From Eledone cirrhosa (lineage: Eukaryota), in contig OZ024741.1 in assembly GCA_964016885.1 (NCBI GenBank), positions 366,606,001 through 366,670,000 on the forward strand: 64,000 nucleotides of DNA, in the 5' to 3' direction. The position numbers and the translations under genes are program-made. Below are positions 27,303-47,838 of this stretch, one piece after another (within the stretch, counting starts at the first letter, position 1; every line of letters starts with the position of its first letter). The notes beneath the pieces are model-generated. The model saw only the letters and a program-made list of their open reading frames with translations. It ran no database searches and had not been told where the DNA came from.

Positions 27303-28167
27303 CGAGGTGTGTCAGAAAAGTTCCAGGACTGATGTCACAAAAGATTTATTTCAAACCCAAACTTCACACTAAGAGTTTTCTCCTTCAAAGTAATCCTCCT
27401 GGAGTCCAATGCACTTTTCCATCCTTTTCTGCCACGCTTGCATGCACTCCTGGAAGGATTCTTCCGGGATCCTCCGCAGTTCCGTCGGCACGGCCTTTTT
27501 GATGTCGTCCACGTCTTCAAAACGGGTCCCCTCAGGGTCGTACTCGAAGATCCATGACTCATCACCGGTGGTGACTGCCCCTAGCAAGTCTGGTTCGATT
27601 TCAAGACGCTCGAGGATGTCCTGGCACACTTGCATGCGTCGACCCTTCTGGTCATCGTTCAGCAGTTTTGGCACCAACTTCGCGCAGACTTTCCGCATGT
27701 ACAAATCTTTAGTGAGAATCTTCCAGACGCTGTCCCGATTCATGCCCAGCTCATTTGCCATCAGTCGAACAGTCAGCCGACGATCGCTACGCACCATCTG
27801 CCTGACGCGTTCAACTTTGACCTCAGTCCTGGTTGTTGAGGGCCTTCCGCTCCTGGGGTCATCTTGCACCACTCAAAAACACGTGGGCGTGACATCGTCT
27901 CATCTCCATACACTTGCTGCAGCAATCCCAGTGCTTCTGACGGAGATTTCAAGTTTTTTCGTTGCTCTGTGCTCATTGCTTGACGACCTGAACCAGAGGA
28001 CATGTATATAAAATTATGAAGAAAAAAGTTTGATCGCTGCAGAGAGCTAAGATTACAGTTACATACTCCAGGGGGATTACTTTGAAGGAGACAACTCTCA
28101 GTGTGTAGTTTGGGTTTGAAATAAATCTTTTGTGATATCAGTCCTGGAACTTCTCTGACACACCTCG
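27303..28167 (-). mobile_element. Internally deleted mariner transposon with ~100-bp TIRs
   Basis: TA|CGAGGTGTGTCAG ... CTGACACACCTCG|TA; transposase remnants DDPRSGRP, LVPKLL, TGDESWIFEYDPE fused directly to GTRFEDV...YFEG. Confidence 0.92.
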
Positions 28168-28258
28168 TATATATATATTTATTTTTTTGTTTTAACATAT
28201 ATTTATTTCTAAGATTTCACCGTAGAGATAACATATATTTATACATACATTACAGAGA

Positions 28259-31200
28259 GTGAATATGGGATGCAGAAAACATTTCTCATCTAAATCCCAA
28301 TGCATGGCAGCAGACGCACAACGACAAAGAGAGATGAGGGCAAATCAATCAAACAATAATCGCTCTACAACATCCCAACAAATTTCTACAAATGTAATTC
28401 AGTTAACACACCAACAACAACTTACAAAAAATACACCAAACGTTCAGAGAGGAAGGAACAGGTCAATTGAAGGTTTGGCAAAGAATCCTACAGATGAACC
28501 TTTCCAAGAGCAAACTGTTCTTTCCATAATGCCACAACATAATGCAAGGAGTCTCTTTGCCTCTGTTTGTCAGCACTGCAAAGCTTATCACTGGCCACAT
28601 GAACCCAAATCTCTGTGCTTCTTCCAGGGAAAAGTGAAACTCCCTCAACTTCCTCCTCCTCCACCAAATATACTGAAATATTTCGATATCACTCAAACAG
28701 AAAAGTCTTTTCTCCATAAGATACGTACATATAACAATGTGCTTGCTTTAGCTTCAATTGGTTGCAAAGAGGTTAAAGCACCATGATTTAGTCCCACATT
28801 TAAGATCCAAGGTAAGATTTGTCATATTATTGGATCACTACTTCCAAGTGATTCTTCACCCAAATTTGCGCAACTTTACTTCTATGATACAGATCATGAG
28901 CTTCAGAATCGCTTGCATCATGCTAATTTAGATGCTGCTGTCCTGCAGGACCTGCAATAAGACTTGCATTACAAGAAGCCTCAAGGCAGTCATTGAAATG
29001 TCAGTCTCTGAAAATGTGAATATTGTCCTATATGCTGGCAAAGTAAAACCCACTGATTTTCATTGTTGCACATATCTTCCCATGGCATCTGAGATTGCTG
29101 TTATTCAACCTGATACAGCATTAGGACTTTTGGATGTCATCATTCATAAAAGAGATGGTGGTCTTCAGAGGATTCGTCAGTTGCACTGTTCTTATGATCC
29201 TCTGCATTATGTGCTGCTGTTTCCTTGGGGGAATGCTGGGTTTCAGGTTGGTTTGAAAAGGATTGACAACAACCACACACTCACACCCACTGATTTCAAC
29301 TGATATCGGTTTCAGGTTAGGCAAGGTGACTGTAACATTATCATGAAGAACAGGCGGCTGATGCTGCAATATGCTGTAGATACCCAGGCAAAAATAGAAC
29401 ATTGTCGCCTCAAATGGGTCTGCAACAATCAAACCACGATTCGAGCTGAAAAGTATGAGGGTTTGTATGATGCTGTGGCTGAAGAAGATTCAGTAAATGC
29501 AAGCCGGAGAATTGTTCTTCCTCCTTCAATCTATGGTTCCCCTCGCTTCTATAGTGAGTGCTTTCAGAATTCGATGACAGTGATTCGACACATGGGAAAG
29601 CCATCTTATTTCATCACGGTAATAACTAACCCTAACTGGGATGAAATAAAAAATAGTTTGCACCCTGGTGAAGAACCTAGAGACCGTCCTGATATTTGTG
29701 CAAGAGTCTTCAAGATCAAGTATGACAGCCTCATGGATGACATACTGAAAAGAAATGTCCTAGGAAAGGTTGCTGCTACAATAGAGTGGCAGAAACGAGG
29801 CCTCACTCATGCTCATATTCTGCTGATAATGGCTGAAAATAGCAAGCCCAAAACTGCTGATGCCATTGATCAGGTAGTGTACTGTGAGATTCCTGATAAA
29901 GAGACCAATCCAATTCTGCATAAGATCATCACATCCTGCAACATTCATGGCCCATGTGGACAAGCTAATATGATGTGCCCATGTATGGAAGGGCTAGGTC
30001 AACAACGCCATTGCTCAAAAGGTTATCCCAAGGTATTCAGACAAACCACATTTGTTGCCGAAAATTCCTTTCCAGAGTATAGAAGAAGAGATAGACAGCA
30101 TGGTGATCACACCCATACAATCCAACTTAAAGGTCAATAATTTACTGTTGATAATCGTTGGGTTATTCCATACAACCCTTTCCTCTCATTGAGATATCAG
30201 TGCCACATCAGTTGTGAGGTTGTCCACACTGTCAAGACTGTTAAGTACTTATATAAGTACATCACAAAAGGATCAGACAAGATCACTTTTACTATTAAGG
30301 ATGATCAAGGAAATTGTGCCCATGCCCAAAATGAGATTGAGACCTATATCAATGCACGGTACATCTCAGCCAGTGAAGCATTCTGGAGAATCTATAAATT
30401 TCCATTACATCATTGAAAACCGCCAGTTGAAAAGTTGCCTTGTCATTTACCTGGGGAACAAATGGTCGTGTATGAGCGAGGGCAGGAAGAAAGTGTTGTT
30501 TCTAGAGGACAGCCAATGACTAAGTTGACGGAATATTTTCAACTGAATATTAGATACCCACTGGCACAAAACATATTGTTTATTGATATTCCTAAATATT
30601 TCACGTGGACAAACAAAAAGTGGCAAAGAAGAAAAAAGGGACATCTGGATGGTCATCAACAATTTATGAGTGAATCTCTTGGACGTATTCCAACAGTATC
30701 TTTCAGTAGACATCAATCTGAATTATATTACCTCAGAATGATCCTACATCACAAGGTTGGGTCAACTTCATACAAAGATTTGAGGACAATTGAAGGAGTT
30801 GAATTTCCAACATTCCAAGAAGCATGCAGGAAACTTGGTCTGTTAGATGAAGATGGAGAAAAAGACAAAGCTATGGAAGAGGCCTCATCCATTACGATTG
30901 GTCCTCAACTGCGAGAGATCTTTTGCACCATTTTATTGTACTGCATGCCAAATGACCCTCTGCAGTTCTGGGAGAAATGGAAGAATTGTCTTGCAGAGGA
31001 TATCATGCAAGGACGTCATGAGCAAGTCATGTCCATGCAAACCGTGCAGATTCTTCTACAGAAGATTCAACAAAGACTTCAACATGATGGCTTGGACATT
31101 GATGCCAACTATGGACTTCTTCGACCAGACCTAACTATTGTTGCCATACCAGAAATCAACAGGGTTCTTATGGCAGAAACTGATTTCAATACACACCAAC

Positions 31201-32595
31201 TGCAAGCAAACCTAAATGAACTTCTGCCAACATTGAATCCTGAGCAACTGGTTATTTTTCACAAAGTAATCACCTCTGTAAATGAAAATGAAGACAGAAT
31301 TTTCTGCTTGAATGCAAGTGCAGGTACAGGAAAGACCTATGTCATAAACATCCTATTGGATTACCTCCGATCTAAAAATAAAATTGCACTTGTCACTGCC
31401 ATATCTGGAATAGCAGCCACTTTCTACAAAGGTAGAACCCTTCATTCCAAGTGCAAGATTCCTCTCAATGTGACTGCTGAATCAACTTGCTTCTTCACAA
31501 AGAGGGATGACACAGGTAATCTTATGCAGCAAGCTGACCTGCTAATCATTGATGAGATAGGTAGGGGACATAAGCATATCTTTGAATGCCTTGCCAGGAG
31601 CTTCAAAGATGTTCGAGATTGCAAAAAGCCATTTGGTGGTCTAACAGTATTACTCGCAGGTGACTGGAAGCAAATTCTTCCAGTTGTACGTCATGGTACT
31701 AGACCAGAAATAGTTGAGGCAACCATCAAGAGATCCTATCTCTGGGACTATGTGGAAACCATAGAAATAACAACCAATCAACGGTTAATTAATGCAAAGG
31801 ATTCTGATGAGAGACAGTTTGCAAACTACCTTCTTGATGTGGGAAATGGTAACATTCCAACTGTTCCAGCTGAAGGTGCATTCACAATTCTTCTGCCAAA
31901 TGAACTTTGTCTGGAATATGGTAATGTGTCTGGACTGTGTGATTTTGTGTATACAAATCTTCCAGGAAATACACAAACCCACTATGGCTTGCAAATAGAT
32001 CCATTATCACTCCAACAAATGATCCAGCAAGATTGGTGAATAAGTTCATGGTCAACAAGTTCCCTGGTCATGAAATAATCTACAGAAGCTCTGATACAGT
32101 AGATAACGAACTGCAATATCCAATTGAGTTCATCAACAAACTTACCCATCAGGCTTCCCAACACACATACTTAAACTGAAGAAAGGCAATTGCATCATGT
32201 TTCTGAGAAATATGAATCCTCTAAACGGGCATTGCAATGGTACACGCTACATCATCATCAGTTTACAATCATGTAATTGAAGCTGAAGTGGCATTGGGTC
32301 CCAATGCTGGAACAAGGTTGCTAATCCTAAGGATACCACATGTATCTCAAGAGCTTGAGTTCCCTTTCACCTTTACTCGCAAGCAATTTCCTGTCAAACC
32401 AGCCTTTGCCCTTACATGCAACAAGGCACAAGGCAGACATTTGAAAAGATAGGTGTATATCTACCAACACAATTCTTCTCACATGGTCAGATGTATGTTG
32501 CATTATCACGAGTTACAAAAAAAGGAAAATATAAAAATATTAAATTAAATGGGTCTGTTTGCTGACAACTGTGTCTACAAAGAAATTCTACAGTG
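28259..32595 (+). mobile_element. Helitron Rep/PIF1-helicase pseudogene (multiple stops and frameshifts)
   Basis: YDPLHYVLLFPWG, LPPSIYGSPRF, FITVITNPNW, IEWQKRGLTHAHILL (HUH), YLYKYITKG, ASAGTGKT, LIIDE, PFGG..GDWKQILPV, RKQFPVKPAFALTCNKAQG. Possible 5' TC terminus at 27141, upstream of the mariner. Confidence 0.95.
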
Positions 32596-33985
32596 ATGTG
32601 AAACAGCTATCACTCTCTTTTAGTTGAAATGCATTTCAGTTTCTTTTTAACTGCTAGAAAAGGGACACTACAAAAACTTAAGAAACCTATATGTGAATAC
32701 AGTAAAACAACAATATAGCGAAGGTCAACAACTCATATTGGTAAATGTAATTCATTCATTCATACCAGCAGCATCTATTTTCAAATTCCCTGCTTGAAGC
32801 TTCCCATCGACATTCTCAAATGAAGATTCATGAATATTTTCCGTCAACAGTTTCATGAATGCCTGGATTATTTAGAGGATAGCAACAAGATGTATTTTGT
32901 ATATTCAACCATTTAAACATACGCCTACCCCATAAAAACTTCTTTACGTTCTGAGTTCAAATCCCGCCAAGATTAGCTTTGCCTTTCATCCTTATGGGAT
33001 CGATAAAATAAAGTACCAGTCAAGCACTGGGGTTGATATAATCGATTTTCCCCTCCCACAAAATTGATGGCCTTGTGCCTAAATCAGAAACCATTATTTG
33101 GAGAAGAGTGGTGGAATAGCAGTATCGGTTGGGCATCGTCGGATAACATGCTTCGCGGCATAACGTTACGTCCTTCCGAGTTCAAATCCCGCCGAAGCTA
33201 GCTTTGCCTTTCGTCCTTACGGAGTCGATAAAATAAACCCCCAGTAATGCACTAGAGTCTATTTAATTGACTTTTCCTTCCTTCAAAATCGTTGACCTTG
33301 TGCCTAAATTTAAAACCATTATTTGGAGAGGATGGTGATTGATAGAATCATTAGGGCGTCGGAAGAAATGCTTTGCAGTATTTGTTCTGACGCTTAACTT
33401 TATGAGTTTAAATTCCGCCGAGGTCAATTTTACCTTTCATCCTTCCGTGGTCGATAAAACTAAGAACAAGTCAAGTAATGGTGTCTATATAAGCGATTCG
33501 CCACCCGCTAGAATTAGTCGACTTATGCAAAGATTAAAACCTATTATTATTTCGGGAATAACTGGGGCATTGTAGATTTTGATGGTATCTTTGAATTTCA
33601 TCCGTCTCATAAAATATCTATTTTCCAACATCGTATATTTTAACCATTCATAGAGATTTTAGATAAATTGCACTCCGCTGGTTATTGGATTTTGGTTTGA
33701 AGCAGTTATTCGGTTATCCGGTTATTCGGTTATCCGGTTATACGAAGGCTACCTCGATAAATAAAATCTGGGTTTTTTTTATATAGATATAACAGAAAAC
33801 TGTTAAACAAGTTTTCAGCGAAGCAAAATGAGTTGTATTAACGCTACAGTATATAACATTCTATTGTATTCTACAGCACAGTCTTTCCATTCTATATTCT
33901 ATAACACAGTTTTACATTCTAATACATTCTTTAACAATGGCTTTATATTCTATTATATTCTATACCAGTGGTATAGATTCTATAA

Positions 33986-34104
<119 letters not shown>

Positions 34105-34171
34105 CATACATACTTATATACATACATATGTATATTCATACATACCGTATATACATACATATGTATATATA

Positions 34172-39171
<5,000 letters not shown>

Positions 39172-39179
39172 GAGAGAGG

Positions 39180-39252
<73 letters not shown>

Positions 39253-39656
39253 GTGCGTGTGTGTCAGAAACGTGATCCGGTAAAACACGAGGTATATTTA
39301 AAAACAAAAAATAATACTAAAATACCAACACAGTCTCAGTACGTCTGCAGTTTATACATGCTTAATAAACTTCAAAGGAGTAATTCAAAGCTTGGCAAAT
39401 AACTGGCATGAACAATATTAATAATAATATTCGATTCGTTATATATATATGTATATATATTATATATTATTGTTGGATTGGCAGTATCGGTAGAGGGTCG
39501 GACGCTAGGCTTTGCAGCATAGAGTTATGCCCCTTTATGATCTGAGTTCAAATCCCGCCAAGGTTAATTTTGCCTTTCATCCTTACGGGGTCGATAAAAT
39601 AAAGTACCAGTAATGCACTGAGTAATTGCTGGCCTTGTGCCAAAAGTAGTAAATAG

Positions 39657-39753
<97 letters not shown>

Positions 39754-40778
39754 AACCAATGTCCATGGGAGTCGGTACTCGGAGTTTTTCACTGTCATTT
39801 CTCAGTCGCCCAAATAATGAGAAACAATTCCGTGTAGCGAAATCCACATATACTCAGTTTTAACTAAATATTATTCTACTCTATCTTAAACCTTTGATTA
39901 CCTTCTTTTACTTAATTGCACTTCGTACAGTTGTAATCAGTTATTCTGTGGTAGGCAGCACGCCTTCTAGTGTGTACATTGTATTTGGTTATGATTGAAG
40001 TCTGACGTTTCTACTCAAGAATTGGCTCCCTGTTCTAGAAAGGATTTCTTCTCCAAGTCCTAGTGATAATGTTAACAATGGTGTTTCTCCTACTTTTAAT
40101 ATATTCCTTCTTACACTTGATGTGACTTCTATAGAGCTATAAATTAATCACGCTCTTTCAAGTGATATCAGATACAGCCAATCAAACACACTTTGATCTA
40201 AATCTAAAGCTTCCAGCAGCCGTTTTGATCAACATCCTTCATCTACACGTTTCTGGTTAGTAATAGAATCTAGTTAACTATCTACATACAGGAGCAATCT
40301 AAAAGTTATAGACGAGTTCTATAAGAGGCTTTCTTGTGTTTTTGAGAATATAAGGTTCTGGGCATTATCCATTCCTTCATCTCAGAGAAAAAGAGAGAAA
40401 AAATATGGACAGAAACAGTTGGACAGAGAGAGAGAACGAAGGATAGAAGATTGGGTTGCGAGTATATATGTTTTGGCTGCAAGCATATATACATGCAAGA
40501 TACCTTACCTTTCTACTAGTTCCTAGCTAAAACAATGAAGTTACATTTATTTTCTCCTTTGCTCTCTTCCTCATTTTCGGATGAAGAACAAGAATCCGAA
40601 ACGTTAGATTCATCACTTCTCCTCACAACAATTAAACTACTTCATATATAGGACTAATCCATGTTTATTGTGAACTCTAGTAGATTGTTTTTAGTTGAAG
40701 ATGACTTCTTTGTGTATTTTCAGAAATAATTATATGTGTGTGTGTGAGAGAGAGAGGGAGAGAGAGAGAGAGAGAGGG

Positions 40779-40813
<35 letters not shown>

Positions 40814-42759
40814 TTATGTATGTATATATGTATGCATGTATGGGCCTGCGTATGTGCATATGTGTTTATGAATGTATGTGTGTGTGCGTCTATATGCATG
40901 TGTATGTATGTATGTGTTATGTGTGTATGCAAAATGAAGAAGTTAAATGTTTATCAGTTATGAGACTATAATGATTATTGTCACGAATGTTGACATGTTC
41001 TAAATAGCTTCTTTAATGACTTGTACCTGTTGAACTGGTGTATGTCTGCGTTGTATATAAGTTCATAAACAGACTCCTCATTAATTCAAAGTAGCAGCAA
41101 CAACTATTCATCTGGTTTTCAATAACAATTCAATATTTTTGGCTAAAGATAGTTGAGCAGAATTTTTCAATTACATTTTTCTAAATTTTCGAATGGATTC
41201 TGTAAAATCTGTGATAAAGAAAATGTCTTATTTCAAACGAGAAAGTAAAATCATGTTGAACCGATAATTTGTTAAGTGGTTTCGACTCTTCCAAATCAGT
41301 TTTCGAAGCTTCCTTTGAGAGTTAGAATAATTCAAAAGGTGAAATTATTCAAACCGTTAAACTGAAAATCAAAATTCATAGCAATGGTGTTTTGGGACGC
41401 ATAATAAAGTACCAGTAATGCACTGGATAATTGCTGGCCTTGTGCCTAAAGTAGAAACAATTATTATTGAGGTGGATAGTAAATGTCGTATGGCCTAGTG
41501 GTAAGGGTGTTGAACTTACAATCATAATGTAGTGGGTTCCATCCATGGACTGGGTTGTATGTTATGTTCTTGAGCAAAACACTCCATTTCATATTAAAAG
41601 AAAAAAGATTCGGACACCATACTTTGCAACATAGAGTTACGGTCCTTTACGGTCTGAGTTCAAATCCCGCCAAGGTTAACTTTGCCTTTCATCCTTACGG
41701 GGTCGATAAAATAAGGCACCAGTAAAGTACTAGGGTCGATTTAATCGACTTTCCCCTCCCTCAAAATTACTAGCCTTGTGCCTATAGTAGAAATCATTAT
41801 TATTGAGGTGGATTGGCAGTATCAGTAGAGGTCGGATGCCATGCTTTGCAGCATAGAGTTACGGCCCTTTGCGGTCTGAGTTCAAATCCCGCTGAAGTTA
41901 ACTTTGCTTTTCATCCTTATGGGGTCGATAAAATAAAGTACCAGTAATACACTGGGATAATTGCTGGCCTTGTGCCAAAAGTATAAATCCTTATTATTTA
42001 GGTGTCTCTCTAATCATTACAATGGCCCTTACATTATCTAAATATGATGGGTTCTCTGTCGGTTTCGACGATGAGCATTCGTTTGTTTGCTCAACTGAAC
42101 GTCCAAGTCATAAATTAACGTGTATGTGGTCGAGTATTCCACAAACACGTGTACTTTTATCGAAAGTAATTCTTAAGATATTTCCTCATAATAACGAAAC
42201 GAACTTTTTAACCATAAACATGCTTACACCTATGCATGTTAAGTTGGCCATTTATGAGGTTGTATTACATAGGAGGTTCTTCTAGTGTTTTAATGACAGG
42301 AGACCCAGCCTTATCAGGAAAAGCAATGTGAAATGAAGCATCTTGCTTCAGAAAATAACACGCCGCTCGGTCCAGGAAATGAACCCACAACATTATGAAT
42401 ATAAATCCAATACCCCAACCCAATGTTTCTCAAACATTTTACCCCATGCTCCACAGGATCAAGCCAACTACTCATAGCATTTATTTAATTTATAATTAAT
42501 AATAACAGAAGGATCGCAAATCTGTCTTCAAATAATTAAATCTAATAATTAAAATAATGCATTGCCAGCTAGTGGGTTCAAGGATAAAATTAGCCATTCA
42601 CGCAAGTCCTTGATCCTGGCCCAATTAACTGACAATAGCAATACAATATCATATATGCCAGACTCTTCTTTTTGCTTCATGTTAAACCGAATATCACAAA
42701 ATCTTTTCTAAACTTAACAATCACGTTCTAGAACGCGTGCGTCGGGCCCATCATCTATT

Positions 42760-43340
42760 TCCCCTTGGCTGTTGTGCCTTGCCCCCTTTTACGCCTCACC
42801 AAATTTGAGTACCTGCTCTTCAACTTCGTGTGGAAGTGAGAGCGAAGACCGAGACTGGGCGCTTGGCATCTGGAATGTTGCCGGGTGGTCACTGCCATCT
42901 ACCAGTCGGACCGTGAGTCAGAGTTCTATAGAGGACCAGTGGTGGGGGTGATGATGTTCTCGGAGAGGCTCTCGGCGTCGACGAAATCAAACTAAATAGT
43001 CTATACTGGAGGACTTCCAGAAATCTCTGGCTTGGCAGTGCTACCCAGGGGGACACCACCGGTTCGATATAAATTTTACAGGTATGGAAGTGTAGTCAGA
43101 CGGACTTGTTCGAGATGCGCGCAGAGCGACGAAATCGTCTTGCTCGGACTCGTCTAGTGCCCATACATTACTGACTTATGTCTAACAGATATTATCGCGT
43201 GTAGGACGACTCCAACTATCGACCGAGTCCTTCGTGAAGATCACTCCGCCGCCTTTTTTTGGTCGGGAATGGCAGCCAGTCTTCCTCTGCTCGGTGGCTG
43301 TAGCAAAAGACGTTGGCTGGTCGACACGATTAAGTATGTT
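42760..43340 (+). pseudogene. Degenerate L1/Tx1 ORF2 C-terminal (zf-RVT) fragment
   Basis: ttccagaaatctctggcttggcagtgctacc... matches the reverse complement of 61455-61485. Confidence 0.7.
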
Positions 43341-43814
43341 TGCTGCAACCAGAAATACACATACCTCCCTAGAGAAGATACGGAGAGGAAATACCTGGTA
43401 CTGGAATATGTGGTTTATGGATTAAGCTTACAATAGCTAATATTAAGGAAGCCACGTGTATCCGAAATTTTAAAGAATAGATTACTCTCAAATGAAAGAG
43501 TACAATTATTTTCCGCATAGTGGTGCTCTTGTACACCAGACATATACTCCCAAGCAATTGATTCTTCAAGAAGGGGTTTAAATTGTTGAACCATGGCCTT
43601 GAAACAGCTCAGATATTATAACTTAATATGAAATTGCTAGAGTATTTTGAGAGAAGGCGATGAAGTGGCAGTCATTAGAACACCGTATGCAATGTTTTAC
43701 AGTATTAGTTTCGGCTCACTCTGCTCCTAGTTTAATTCTCTCAGATATCAAAAATTACATTTCATCGTTTCAATGTCGATAATTAGATTATCTCTGTACA
43801 GTACAGGAGTCAAT

Positions 43815-43896
<82 letters not shown>

Positions 43897-43908
43897 CCTC
43901 TCTCCCCT

Positions 43909-43940
<32 letters not shown>

Positions 43941-44129
43941 ACTATCTATCTCTATCTCTCCCCCTCTCTCTATCTCTATCTCCCTCTCTCTCTCTCTCTA
44001 TCTCTCGGGAAGTAACGGGCTATTCCCAGACCCTGTTGAAGAGGGAGAGCTCCGCCAAGTTTAAATGTCCAGGATACACTGACTGTATGTAACGACAGCG
44101 TGGCAACGCTCTAACAGACATAGCTTGGC

Positions 44130-44400
44130 ATAGCATGGCATTCTCAATTAACATAAGGCTAGAAAGAATACAACATAGAAGCATTGATTGAAGCCATTAG
44201 ATTGGTTTGTTGCACCGACAGAAGTGACTTGTAAACTCACTGAATCGATGCCTCCACAGATAGCAGTTGTCCTGTAGGTAAATGGAAACTCACAATTATT
44301 GAGAACTGTTTGTGTTTAACTTGTTACTGTTCATGTAGTGTTGTTGAGTAATTGTCGTTGTATAATAAAATGTTTTTCCTTCGAAAATATTTATTGTTTT
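44130..44400 (+). pseudogene. Possible Tc1 transposase C-terminal remnant
   Basis: Reads KLTESMPPQIAVVL*VNG, resembling the Tc1 LVESMPRR..AVI..KG terminus. Confidence 0.35.
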
Positions 44401-45373
44401 CATACTGTATCATAAATTATAGCCTATACATATACATATATATATATATACAAAGATATACATAGATATGTAGATATCTATATATATATATATATATATA
44501 TGAAAAAATGGGGAGAAGAATACTACAGGTTGCACATGGATAACATGTTATAAAATGAGTCCCTCATCAGTGATTTACCAAACGATCATGGGTATTTCAT
44601 CGCATTAAAAATCATATACCTCACGTTGGTGCAATAATAACTAAATTAAGTTATTAGGACAATTAAAACGCGTAAAGCGAGTGAGACAAGTAACAACAAA
44701 GAGGAAAGCTAACCGTAGATAGGAAGGGCACAAGCTACATAGTTATTCTGTCAGCATAAGCTGGGTGAATATATGAGCGCGTAGAAAAAAGACCTTTCGA
44801 GATGAATCCAAATATATACACCCCTTCTACTACCCTAAGTATTGAGTACTCTGGTGCGTTATGGTCCATCTGATTCCTTACCACACTTCCTTCGTTATAT
44901 ATACTATTAGAAAAACCACCCTTAGGGTGGTTTTCTGCTAGAATGTGTAGTGTGTATATTTATAATATACGCAAATATATATGCTTGTAGATATGATACG
45001 TCAAATAAAATCGTAATTCACAATATGCACAGAAATTGAACGAAGACTGTGTTACACTGTCTTATTTAATCAGTAATGTTATCCATGATACATTAAAAAA
45101 AAGAAGATATATATAAACTGCATTAGGAGAAAATTAATGACGGAAATATATGAGTATTGATTTAAGCGATCGCCACCGGAAGTGTTGACATTTGAAAATT
45201 TTAAAGAAGTGAATCTTTAAATAAATAATAAAATATATTTAATGAACAGCCACTAAACTTAGTAGATAAATTATGTAATATTCATTCATTATTTATTCAA
45301 AGTAATCCAACTTATTTTACTAAGGGGATAAAAAATTATAAACCGTATGCAATCCCGCGCTTCTTACTTTATT

Positions 45374-45455
<82 letters not shown>

Positions 45456-45459
45456 CATA

Positions 45460-45532
<73 letters not shown>

Positions 45533-47499
45533 CGGTGAATGAGCAGAGTTGTTGTGTGTCGGGATAAATCCCTTGGTATTTGTTCCAGCACACTGCACGC
45601 TGAGTTCAAATCTCGCCGTGGTCAACTGTGCATTTAATCTTTTCGCATCTATAATATAAAGTACCACTGAAGTACTGGGATCGGTTTAGTCTTTTTTCTA
45701 AGGAATATCTCAATATATTGATGCCCTACCTCTTGTTGCAGCAATGAATTGTAGTTTCTTCCTCACATTTGGAAGAAGGCGGTGAATTGACAGAATCGTT
45801 AAAGCATCGAATTAAATTCTTTGGGTTCGTTCTGGCTTCCAGCGATTTTAGTTCAAATCCTGCAATAGTCAACTTTACTCTTTATTCTTCAGATGTTGAT
45901 AAATATAGTTCTGGTTCGGGGTTGGTGGATTGTCGGAATTTATTAATGATTCGAAAATGCCTTGTTATATCTAATATGGCTCTGTGCATTCTGAGTTCCA
46001 ATCCCGCTTCCTTCTGTCAACAGATATGACTATCAATGGAAAGACCAATTGAAGCATTATTTCTTTATTCAGGTCTTCTAGAGATTGAGAAAACGCAGGA
46101 TTGAGAAAAAGAGATTACAGAGATAAAGGAATAATCAGTCACAATACAGGACTAGTATTTTATTTATCGATCACGAAATATTGAAAAGCAAATTTGACCT
46201 CAGTAGAATTTGAACTAAAAGCGCAGAAATACGGAATGAATACAGTAAGGTATTCCATAACGAGTTTGTCAATTCGTAGCCTGTTACATGCATAGCACAG
46301 TAGGGCACATAAGAAGGGTTTATGCCCCCCCCCCCCATTGCTTCTATTTCTGAATAAACCTATGAAGAATTTGCCTTTATGCAAACATAACATACATAAT
46401 ATTGATATTATATAAATTTACTAATACACAGTTGCAAAAATAAATCTATAAACGCACTCATAAACATATATAAGTCATTGATTTCACACTAGGGTGTATT
46501 ATCTGCAAGTTCTAATCGATTTGTGCATGAATCACTTGATGTTTATTTTCAGTCACTAATAATTACAAATGAGATATGATATGATGCCCATACATAGATA
46601 ACCCTGCTTATCTTTGTGAACACTACTTTCAAGACAACGGGTAACAGGGTTCTAGTTGTTCCATCAGTGGACACATGTACTCATAAGATAATTCACAGGA
46701 AGATTCAGCGTGAATTACAGGTATAGTAAATCTGACGGGCTTCGAAACAGTTTCCGTTTACTCAATTTCACTCATAATGTATTGGTTGATCCGGGACTAT
46801 TGTAAATAACACTTGCTCAAGATACCACACAGTGAGATTGAACCCGGTACATAATAATTGGGAAGCGAGCTCCTTAAGCCTTTGGCCATGCTGTGTTAAC
46901 TTCACTTAGTATAGTTTCTAAATCAGTAATGCCAGTAATTTGTTTAGGTGTGCGAAGTCGACTATATCGACTCCAGTAACTGACGGGTACTTGATTTTAT
47001 CAACCCGGAAGAATGAAAGGCAAAAATGAACTCAGCAGAATTTGAACTGAGAACGTAAAGAGCCAGATCAAATGCCCAACGCCCTGACAAATCTGCCAAA
47101 TTTATCACCTTTTTTTATGCCTCTTAATATTCAAGAGTATAACCACTACAGTCGTCACTCTCAATCGAGGAAGTCTTGATACGATTACCATGCTTTATAT
47201 AAGGGATTAAGGCGCCCATGCAATCGTGAGTGGACACAGGTATCCTCTTGATCCTCCGTCCTCTGATCCCGCAAAACATCCAGGATATGACAGCTGGAAG
47301 CGGAGGTGGTTATACCAGTACTGGGCTGGAACTTTCTTTATCGGCACCGAAAGAACGAAAGTCAATGTTGGCCACGGCTGGATTTGAACTCAGAACGCAA
47401 ATCAAGAAACAAATATGAAATACTCGAGCGACTCTACCAAATCGACCACCTTGACAATTATCTCGCGCTATTCTTTTTATGGTTCACTATATTGCAAGT

Positions 47500-47838
47500 A
47501 AGGCGGCGAATTGGCAGAGTCGTCAGAACGTCGTATAAAATGCTTTATGTTATTCGTTCCGGCTTTCTGCTCTCTGAGTTCAAATTCCACCGAGGTCAAC
47601 TTTGTCATTTATTCTTTCGAGGTCGATAAAAACAAGTATCAGTTTAGTACTGAGGTCTTCCTCTATACCTCTTCCTCATTTCCTCTCTCTCACTTTCTAT
47701 CTTTCTCTGGAAGAAATCTGCTGTACTCAGGCCGTGAGAGAGATGGGCTCCGCCAGGCTTAAAATACCCAAGAAGCGCCGTATCTCAATACGGCGCCCCT
47801 GCCACTATATCAGGAGTTACGGGACCATACATACATAC
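47500..47838 (+). mobile_element. SINE with family-A head/core but a different tail ending (CATA)n; second copy 58452-58788
   Basis: Both copies share gaagaaatctgctg.actcaggc...caggcttaaaat.cc.aagaa.cgccgtat.tcaatacggc.cccct...gggaccata after the common core. Confidence 0.75.

Noticed and set aside
40565-40612. cggatgaag...ccgaaacgttaga HHR-like remnant and possible PLE fragment at 39750-40680
   Set aside because: The core is mutated and no readable protein motif could be recovered.
44530-44575. Minus-strand CTGATGA-gggac motif
   Set aside because: No GAAA box or stem III found.
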